Positions 15,858-22,381 of a stretch of DNA of 22,381 bases are shown here, piece by piece (the first letter of the stretch is position 1; every line of letters starts with the position of its first letter). Under the pieces are notes generated by a model. The model saw nothing but the letters and a program-made list of their open reading frames with translations. It was not told the DNA's origin and ran no database searches. The stretch is from Verrucomicrobiota bacterium. Its GTDB lineage: Bacteria; Verrucomicrobiota; Verrucomicrobiia; Chthoniobacterales; UBA10450. Location: contig QHOX01000052.1 in NCBI GenBank assembly GCA_003219465.1, forward strand, positions 1 to 22,381, written 5' to 3'. The position numbers were made by a program, and so were the translations under genes.

Positions 15858-15928
15858 CTACTTATTTTATGAAGCGCCGTTTTCATTGCAAGAAGGTTGA
15901 AGAGTTGAACCCATTGGAACGGGAAGTG

Positions 15929-16020
15929 GTCATCCTGAGCGGAGCGCAGCGGAGTCGAAGGATCCCGCGACGCTACCGAAAAGTAATCCAACGGGATTCC
16001 TCGACTTCGCTCGGAATGAC
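15929..16020. repeat. 92-bp imperfect palindromic element in the guaA-operon / aat divergent spacer
   Basis: Left arm GTCATCCTGAGCG[GAGCGCAGCG]GAGTCGAAGGATCCCG (15929-15967); right arm CGGGATTCCTCGACTTCGCTCGGAATGAC (15992-16020). 24 of 29 positions are complementary, with a 10-nt bulge and a 24-nt loop. Both track ORFs here (15830-16027 +, 15854-16057 -) are just translations of this element. Confidence 0.7.
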
Positions 16021-16055
16021 GGTTTAGCGTTTGACGCTTTAACGCTTCAGCCTTC

Positions 16056-16625
16056 ATGATCGATCCCGATCTTTTACTTCAAGGATACCGGCTTGGTGTT
16101 TTCCCGATGGCGATGAACGACGACTCGATCGAGTGGTTTTCGCCGGACCCCCGCGCCGTCCTGCCGCTGGAGGATTTTCATGTGCCACATGCATTACGCC
16201 GTCTTGTGCGCAGGAAACCCTTTGAAGTTACCATCGACAAGGCGTTTTCGGCAGTGATCCAAGCGTGCGCTGCACGCGAAAATACATGGATCAATCGCGA
16301 CATCATCGACAGCTACACGCGATTACATGAACTCGGTCACGCTCATTCAGTCGAGGCTTGGAAAGAGAACGGTCTCGTCGGGGGCCTTTACGGTGTCGCA
16401 GTCGGCGGCGCGTTCTTTGGCGAATCAATGTTTCATCGCGTGACCGATGCGTCCAAGATTGCGCTCGTAACGCTCGTGGAACATTTGCGGGCCCGCAAGT
16501 TCGTCCTGCTCGATACGCAATGGCTCACGCCCCATCTGGAACAGTTTGGCGGGATCCAAATTTCGCGGAGCCATTATCTGCGCCTGTTGCGGACAGCAGT
16601 CGATTTGCCGCGGAGATTTCTGTAG
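16056..16625 (+). CDS. aat: Leucyl/phenylalanyl-tRNA--protein transferase (L/F-transferase)
   Basis: By eye it is collinear with E. coli Aat: GVFPM, WFSPDPRAVLP, YTRLHELGHAHSVEAW, LVGGLYGVAVGGAFFGESMF, ASKIAL. Confidence 0.9.
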   Translation: MIDPDLLLQGYRLGVFPMAMNDDSIEWFSPDPRAVLPLEDFHVPHALRRLVRRKPFEVTIDKAFSAVIQACAARENTWINRDIIDSYTRLHELGHAHSVEAWKENGLVGGLYGVAVGGAFFGESMFHRVTDASKIALVTLVEHLRARKFVLLDTQWLTPHLEQFGGIQISRSHYLRLLRTAVDLPRRFL

Positions 16626-16670
16626 CGGGTTTTCGTGTTTGTACCCACCAGCGCGCGGTCGGTCGCGTTG

Positions 16671-16735
16671 GTAGGGCGGGCAGTCCTCTGCCCGCCGGTT
16701 ACGCTAGACGGCGCGCACGGAGTGACGCGCTCTAC
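16671..16735. repeat. REP-like doublet (two inverted 'GTAG + hairpin' units, heads outward) upstream of secA
   Basis: (+) GTAG 16671-16674, stem GGCGGGCAG 16675-16683 / CTGCCCGCC 16688-16696, loop TCCT. (-) GTAG is the complement of 16732-16735, with stem 16711-16718 / 16722-16730 (8 bp, one bulged A) and loop GGA. Confidence 0.65.
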
Positions 16736-16807
16736 CAGCAAAGACGGCCCACAGAACCGTGGCTGCCAATTGATAGTGCAGGAATCTGACCGATATTACG
16801 GGTTCAA

Positions 16808-19807
16808 ATGGTTGCTTGGATTTTAAAGAAAATTTTAGGGTCGAAAAATCAGCGCGAGCTCCGGCGTCTCATGCCCACGGTTCGCCGGATCAACGAGTTC
16901 GACGAGCAGTTCAAGACCTTGTCGGACGACGAGTTGCGGGCAAAAACTGCGAGCTGGGCAGAAGAGATCGCGAAGATTCCGGACCTGCAAGAGCAGTGGA
17001 AAAAGCTGGATGAAATTTTGCCGGAAGCATTTGGAGTGGTGAAAAACGCCGCGCGTCGGCTCAAGGATCGGGGACACAGCTTTACGGTCTGCGATCAGCC
17101 GATGGTGTGGGACATGGTGCACTTCGACGTGCAATTGCTCGGCGGTATCGTTTTGCACAGGGGCCGAATCGCGGAGATGGCGACCGGCGAAGGCAAAACC
17201 TTGGTCGCGACGTTGCCGCTTTACCTGAACGCGCTCACCGGCCGCGGCGCGCACCTGGTGACGGTAAACGATTACCTAGCCCGGCGCGACGCCGAATGGA
17301 TGGGGCAACTTTACGGTTTCCTCGGGCTGACGGTTGGCTGCATTCAACACGATCAGGAACCCGATGTCCGCCGCGAGCAGTACGCGATGGACATTACCTA
17401 CGGGACGAACAGTGAGTTCGGTTTCGATTATTTGCGCGACAACGGCATGGCCACCACACGCGAGCAACAGGTGCAGCGCGGCTATTGCTATGCCATTGTC
17501 GATGAAGTCGATTCGATTCTCATCGACGAAGCGAGGACGCCGCTCATCATCAGTGGCCCGGCAACGATTTCCACACATCAATACGACAAATGGAAACCGC
17601 TCATCGAGCAGTTGGTGCGAAAGCAAAACATGTTGTGCAACCGCCTCGCGAGTGAGGCCATCGAGAAATTCGAGCAGGACGATGTGGAGATCGGCGGTCG
17701 GCTGATGTTCAAAGTGAAGCTCGGTCAGCCGCGCAATAAACAGCTGTTGCGCCTGATGGAAGACCCGGACAAACGTCGCGCCATCGATAAAGCCGAGCTT
17801 TCGTTCTACCAAGACACGCGCAAGGAGGAACTGTTTCAACTCAAGGAAGAATTGTTCTTCACCATTGACGAAAAATCGAACGAAGCCGATCTCTCCGAGC
17901 AGGGCCGCATTTTCCTCAATCCGGATGACCCGAACGCGTTTGTTTTGCCGGATCTAATTAACGAATTCACCGAGATCGATTTGGACGAAGCGCTTTCGCC
18001 CGAGGAGAAGGACAAGAAAAAGGCGGAACGCCAGCAACATTGCGACACGCAGGCGGAGCGCATTCATAACATCTCGCAATTGCTACGGGCCTATTGCTTG
18101 TTCGAGAAAGACGTTCAGTACGTGATCGAGGACAACAAGGTCGTCATAGTTGATGAATTCACCGGACGCAAAATGCCGGGCCGCCGTTGGAGCGACGGTT
18201 TGCATCAGGCGGTGGAAGCCAAGGAAGGCGTGCAGATCGACCGTGAAACGCAAACACTCGCGACGATCACCATCCAAAATTACTTCCGGCTTTATCAGAA
18301 GCTTGCGGGCATGACCGGCACGGCCGAGACCGAAGCCGCAGAGTTTCACGACATTTACAAGCTCGACGTCAATATGATCCCGACGAATCGGCCGGTGCGG
18401 CGGACGGATTCCAACGATCGCATCTACAAAACGCGTCGCGAAAAATACAACGCCGTCATCAAGGAAATCAGAGAAGCTCACGCGAAGAGTCAGCCGGTGC
18501 TGGTCGGTTCAGTAAGCGTCGAAGCTTCGGAGTTGCTCAGTCGAATGCTGAAGCGCGAGAAGATTCCACACAACGTGTTGAACGCGAAGTTCCATATGCA
18601 GGAAGCCGAGATCGTGGCGCGCGCCGGACAACCAGGCACTGTCACGATTTCGACTAACATGGCTGGACGCGGCACCGACATTAAGCTGGGTCCTGGCGTC
18701 ACAGAACTGGGCGGACTCATGGTGGTCGGTACCGAGCGCCACGAGGCGCGCCGGATCGATCGGCAATTACGCGGACGCTGCGCCCGCCAGGGCGACCCCG
18801 GCGCATCGCGCTTTTACGTCAGTTTTGAAGACGATCTGATGCGGAATTTTGGCGCCGCCGATCGCATGACAAAAATCATGGAACGCTTCGGACTTGAGGA
18901 GGGTCAGGAGCTTGAGCATCGCTGGCTGAACAAATCCGTTGAGACAGCGCAAAAACGGGTCGAGCAACGCAACTATCTCATTCGAAAACGCACCCTCGAT
19001 TTCGACGACGTGATGAATATGCAGCGCGAGGTCGTTTACACCTGGCGCAATGAAGTGATCGACTCCGAGGAACCGCGCACGCACATCTACGAAGTGATCG
19101 ATGAAGCCGTGCCGGCAAGAGTGAAAGAATATTTCAATGGCGAGGAACCGAATTACACGGGTCTCATCCATTGGGTAAACACGACGTTTCCGCTAGGGCT
19201 GACCAAGGAGAAAGCGCAATTTGAAACCCGGACTGGCGATGAGAACACGAAGTTCCTGATTGAAAAAATCAAGAGTGCTTACGAGCGCAAATCGAGTCAC
19301 GAAGAGCCGACTGCCGTCAAAAGCCTGGAACGCTACATCATTTTGAATGCGATCGATCGCCTGTGGCAGGAGCACCTCTACGCCATGGACGCATTGCGCG
19401 AGGGCGTTTATCTGCGCGGCTACGCGCAAAAGGATCCGCTCATCGAGTATAAGACCGAAGCATACGACATGTTCGTCGAATTGATGGCGAACATTAAGAA
19501 CGAAGTCCTTAACAATCTTTTCCGCAGCACTTCCAATCTGCAGGCGTTCGAGAATTTCCTCGCAACGTTGCCGCAGTTTCTCCTGCGCGAAGAAGGACCA
19601 ATCGCGCCAACAGCAACCGCTGGCGCGCGCATCCGCCAGCCGGTTGGCGCGATGGCCGCAGTGGGTGCAGACGGCGATGGCGATGGAGCAGAGGAACTAT
19701 CGATCGATCTGCCGATTCGCCGTTCATTGCCGAAGGTCGGTCGTAACGAACCCTGCCCCTGCGGGAGCGGCAAAAAATACAAGAACTGCTGCGGTCGCGT
19801 GGCCTGA
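16808..19807 (+). CDS. secA: Preprotein translocase ATPase SecA
   Basis: 999 aa. N-terminus [66 protein letters not shown], and the C-terminal zinc-binding tail [14 protein letters not shown]. Confidence 0.98.
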   Translation: MVAWILKKILGSKNQRELRRLMPTVRRINEFDEQFKTLSDDELRAKTASWAEEIAKIPDLQEQWKKLDEILPEAFGVVKNAARRLKDRGHSFTVCDQPMVWDMVHFDVQLLGGIVLHRGRIAEMATGEGKTLVATLPLYLNALTGRGAHLVTVNDYLARRDAEWMGQLYGFLGLTVGCIQHDQEPDVRREQYAMDITYGTNSEFGFDYLRDNGMATTREQQVQRGYCYAIVDEVDSILIDEARTPLIISGPATISTHQYDKWKPLIEQLVRKQNMLCNRLASEAIEKFEQDDVEIGGRLMFKVKLGQPRNKQLLRLMEDPDKRRAIDKAELSFYQDTRKEELFQLKEELFFTIDEKSNEADLSEQGRIFLNPDDPNAFVLPDLINEFTEIDLDEALSPEEKDKKKAERQQHCDTQAERIHNISQLLRAYCLFEKDVQYVIEDNKVVIVDEFTGRKMPGRRWSDGLHQAVEAKEGVQIDRETQTLATITIQNYFRLYQKLAGMTGTAETEAAEFHDIYKLDVNMIPTNRPVRRTDSNDRIYKTRREKYNAVIKEIREAHAKSQPVLVGSVSVEASELLSRMLKREKIPHNVLNAKFHMQEAEIVARAGQPGTVTISTNMAGRGTDIKLGPGVTELGGLMVVGTERHEARRIDRQLRGRCARQGDPGASRFYVSFEDDLMRNFGAADRMTKIMERFGLEEGQELEHRWLNKSVETAQKRVEQRNYLIRKRTLDFDDVMNMQREVVYTWRNEVIDSEEPRTHIYEVIDEAVPARVKEYFNGEEPNYTGLIHWVNTTFPLGLTKEKAQFETRTGDENTKFLIEKIKSAYERKSSHEEPTAVKSLERYIILNAIDRLWQEHLYAMDALREGVYLRGYAQKDPLIEYKTEAYDMFVELMANIKNEVLNNLFRSTSNLQAFENFLATLPQFLLREEGPIAPTATAGARIRQPVGAMAAVGADGDGDGAEELSIDLPIRRSLPKVGRNEPCPCGSGKKYKNCCGRVA

Positions 19808-19951
19808 ATCCTGGCGCGCCGCGTCGTCTCAGCCTAGTATGCTCAAGCGAAGGAATCTCAGACTGCTTGAAGAGCATTGCGCGGCCATTTAACAGGCGGA
19901 GCGCTCTAGAAGATCGAAGGCGAACGTCCGGTATCCAGCAATCAACCGGGG

Positions 19952-20422
19952 TTACTGTCTCTTCTTCCGCTTCCAGACTTGCAGGAGGTTTCCGCTCCCT
20001 AGCTTGGATGCAAATTCACTGGGGCGTGGCTTGCCGGTCGGGGCGAAGCAGACCTTGTAACGGTCTCCGTCCAGTTCGTAGATGCCGAGCATGACTTCTT
20101 TCTCGGTCGAGGTCGCATCCATCTGCTTTGGCTTTGCCGTCGCGTCGAGCTTGATCGTCCCCTCCTTGCTGGTCGCGTACTCCGCCGAATCGGGGAAGAG
20201 GAAAGTGTCATCCTTGATGACGATAGTGGTCTTCTTCACCTTGTCCTTGGGCAACGCCTGACCATCTCGCATCGCGGAGACCAGCTTCCAGCTGCCCTGC
20301 AGCCCGTCCAAGTCCTTCTTGGATGCGAGATCCTGAGTGTTATTAGCTGCCAGCGACACACCGATGGCCGCGATGATCAGAAATTGCGCCTTCGTAGTGA
20401 CTCTTAGAACAAATGAACTCAT
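19952..20422 (-). CDS. TIGR03067-type (PVC lipocalin-like) domain protein with N-terminal signal/anchor
   Basis: GGAGGT SD upstream of ATG 20422, and a hydrophobic N-terminus. LQGSWKLVSAMRDGQALP ... GIYELDGDRYKVCF ... RPSEFASKLGSGNLLQVWKR matches my memory of the TIGR03067 consensus. Confidence 0.65.
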   Translation of the reverse strand: MSSFVLRVTTKAQFLIIAAIGVSLAANNTQDLASKKDLDGLQGSWKLVSAMRDGQALPKDKVKKTTIVIKDDTFLFPDSAEYATSKEGTIKLDATAKPKQMDATSTEKEVMLGIYELDGDRYKVCFAPTGKPRPSEFASKLGSGNLLQVWKRKKRQ

Positions 20423-20563
20423 CGTTGCTGTACCTCCAAGTGCACCATCCTCGTTACATGGGCTTCATCCTGTCAAGGAACAAAGCGACAGCAGCAGATG
20501 GCGCGCGCAAGCGCACTGCTTTTTGTCCTGTGGCGGAGTTTGTAAACTTTGAGAATTTGCGAG

Positions 20564-21115
20564 TTAATTCGGTGAGGAACGGCCTTCGAGTGGATTACCG
20601 CTTTCAACTTTGAGGCGGCTTGCATTAAGAAAGCGAGCGACACAACAATAAAAGCTGATGAGTATCACAAGTTCGATAAACTGACGATTATCAAAAAGCG
20701 ATCGGGCCTCCGTGAAGGTCGCTTCATCCAACGTGGCATTCCGCTCCAACTGCTCACTCATCTGGCAAACGAGGTTTTCGGCGGCGGATAGGGTTGTTAC
20801 TGGCTGTGAACTTATGATGAGAGCTATTTCTTCTTTGGAAAGTCCGTTGGAGAGCGCAAGTATGCCGTGCTGATGAAGCTCGTATTGGGATTTCGCAGAC
20901 GCAGCTTGGCGAAGAATGGCGATCTCACGCAGCCGTGCTGGGACGGTGCTTTGATACAGGGCGCTGACGAGATCGGTCCACGGAATCAACAACTGCGGTG
21001 CGGTTGCAATAAGACGGTAAATGGAAATAGGCGGACGGTCCCGAAGACGCCGGAGAACGTCTTTAGGAAGGTCTTGGTCGGTTGGAAGTGGCAGCGGCGA
21101 TGTGGAGATGGGCAT
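20564..21115 (-). CDS. Carboxymuconolactone decarboxylase (AhpD-like) family protein
   Basis: The RLREIAILRQAASAKSQYELHQHGILALSNGLSKEEIALI and FIELVILISFYCCVARFLNA blocks are typical of CMD-family helices. There is no CxxC. Confidence 0.65.
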   Translation of the reverse strand: MPISTSPLPLPTDQDLPKDVLRRLRDRPPISIYRLIATAPQLLIPWTDLVSALYQSTVPARLREIAILRQAASAKSQYELHQHGILALSNGLSKEEIALIISSQPVTTLSAAENLVCQMSEQLERNATLDEATFTEARSLFDNRQFIELVILISFYCCVARFLNASRLKVESGNPLEGRSSPN

Positions 21116-21162
21116 TTAAGTTACTGGTGTAAACATGATTCCTTGCCTAATGAGAATTAGGC

Positions 21163-21543
21163 TCACTTTTCGAGTTCATAAGTTGTGATCTCGAGCTGGT
21201 GACCGTCGGGATCACGGAAATAGATCGAGTGCGAGATCTCGTGGTCCTGGAATTCGAATTCGATTCCGCGTTTGTCTAGCTCGCGCTGCGCGGCCAGAAA
21301 ATTTTCCCGGTCCGCGCGGAACGCCAGATGAAGCATTCGAATCTCGCGGTGTGCGGACGTTTTCGGCTCTTGGTTCGCGGGGAACAAGGCAATCCCGGTA
21401 TTTCCTTTACCGATAAAAGTTGGCACACCGTTCCACATACCTTCGTGGAGCCGCTCGAATCCGAGAACGTCGATGTACCATTTGGCCGAGCGTTCGATGT
21501 CGCGCACGCCCATCGCTACGTGATCAATTCCTTCAAGTTTCAT
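21163..21543 (-). CDS. VOC (glyoxalase/bleomycin-resistance/dioxygenase) family protein
   Basis: MKLEGIDHVAMGVRDIERSAKWYIDVLGF ... HLAF ... SIYFRDPDGHQLEI. The start is ATG 21543; GTG 21546 is also in frame. The gene begins 2-5 nt after the SDR stop. Confidence 0.8.
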   Translation of the reverse strand: MKLEGIDHVAMGVRDIERSAKWYIDVLGFERLHEGMWNGVPTFIGKGNTGIALFPANQEPKTSAHREIRMLHLAFRADRENFLAAQRELDKRGIEFEFQDHEISHSIYFRDPDGHQLEITTYELEK

Positions 21544-21547
21544 CACA

Positions 21548-22351
21548 TTATCCGATTTGGATTTCTGGAGGGACTTCTGGATTCATCAACGACGCGCCGC
21601 CATCTGCATAAATTATCTGTCCGGTGATCCAGCGCGCTTTCTCCGAACAGAGAAGGACGACAACGTCTCCAATATCCGCTGGCGTTCCCAAACGTCCCAT
21701 TGGTGTCCAACCGCGGGTGTGCCAGTTCCGAATCATTTTCTGTGCTTCTTCGGGCAGTGTGTTTAAGACGCTGTCCTCCGTCCATCCTGGGCTGATCGCG
21801 TTCACCGTGATTCCGCGTTTCGCGACTGCTACAGCGAAGTACCTGACCAGTGATTCGAGGGCGGCTTTCGCTGCTCCCATGGCGACCCACGGTTGATGGC
21901 CACCCGTGCGACTTCCTTCAGCGTAGGTTATGGCGAAGATTCTTCCTCCATCACGCATCAGCGGCAGCGCTTCGCGAACGCCGACGAGAAATGCTTTCCC
22001 CTGCGAGTCGAACGCTGCGTCCCATTGTTCCAGGGTAATGTCCAGAGGCGGCTGGAAAAATTTCGATGCCTCAGGCCTGGCGTTGCTAACGAAGATGTCC
22101 AGCGTTTCGAACTCCGCTTTCACCGTGTGAAAGATCTTACTGATTTCGTCCGAGCGTGTGACGTCTCCCCGAACGATGAAACCGTCGGATCCGCGTTTGC
22201 GAATTTGCTCGAGCGTCTCTTTTGCGGCGCCGTCGTTTTCGAAGTAGTGAACTGCGACCTTCACGCCGTTCTCTGCCAGCGCTATAGCAATCCCTCTCCC
22301 GATCCCACGCGAACTTCCAGTGATCAGCGCGTGTTTTCCTTCGAGTGCCAT
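21548..22351 (-). CDS. SDR-family oxidoreductase, FabL/FabI-like (enoyl-ACP-reductase-like)
   Basis: Rossmann motif TGSSRGIGRGIA and an FVSNA block. By eye it is collinear with B. subtilis FabL. The ORF stays open to the window edge, and ATG 22351 (MALEGKHALITG) is the plausible start. Confidence 0.8.
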   Translation of the reverse strand: MALEGKHALITGSSRGIGRGIAIALAENGVKVAVHYFENDGAAKETLEQIRKRGSDGFIVRGDVTRSDEISKIFHTVKAEFETLDIFVSNARPEASKFFQPPLDITLEQWDAAFDSQGKAFLVGVREALPLMRDGGRIFAITYAEGSRTGGHQPWVAMGAAKAALESLVRYFAVAVAKRGITVNAISPGWTEDSVLNTLPEEAQKMIRNWHTRGWTPMGRLGTPADIGDVVVLLCSEKARWITGQIIYADGGASLMNPEVPPEIQIG

Positions 22352-22381
22352 GGAAGTCTCTTTAGGTTGAACAAGCACCAT

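Noticed and set aside
16358-16826. Track ORFs 16358-16789 (+) and 16635-16826 (+) in the aat-secA region.
   Set aside because: The first is out of frame within aat. Both read through the REP doublet, and peptides like VGRAVLCPP and GAHGVTRST are just translated GC-rich hairpins.

Overview
This is a 22.4-kb chromosomal segment of moderate-to-high GC. The gene content suggests the PVC superphylum, and my guess is Verrucomicrobiota. That guess rests on an AFTLIEL-type pseudopilin, a TIGR03067-type protein and Mpa/Dop homologues outside Actinobacteria. Most of the window is housekeeping: dapA (5' truncated)-dapB-folK-panB on the plus strand, guaA on the minus strand, aat and secA on the plus strand, and tRNA-Asp(GTC). 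Two modules are not housekeeping. (i) A minus-strand T2SS/T4P-like operon, gspE-gspE-gspF-gspG (7556-9259, 5831-7516, 4482-5771, 3805-4452). It has two tandem full-length ATPases and a GspG-like pseudopilin with an abnormally long, Cys-rich leader. It converges on a gene for an OmpA-domain membrane protein. (ii) A Pup/UBact-type module made only of an Mpa/ARC AAA+ unfoldase (10642-12324) and one Dop-like Pup-ligase-superfamily enzyme (12499-14022). It is boxed in by a tRNA and a convergent guaA, and no modifier gene, second ligase paralogue or 20S genes are present in cis. This is the most interesting locus in the window. The intergenic spacers carry a family of 'TGTAG + GC-rich hairpin' REP-like elements: at least 7 copies, including two head-out doublets and one copy that supplies the stop codon of dapB. 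They also carry a 92-bp palindrome and AAATCG/AATCT microrepeats. The 3' end holds a small accessory-looking block (TIGR03067 protein, CMD/AhpD-like, VOC, FabL-like SDR). I saw no CRISPR array, rRNA, integrase or intact transposase. All homology statements are by-eye motif recognition, not database searches.
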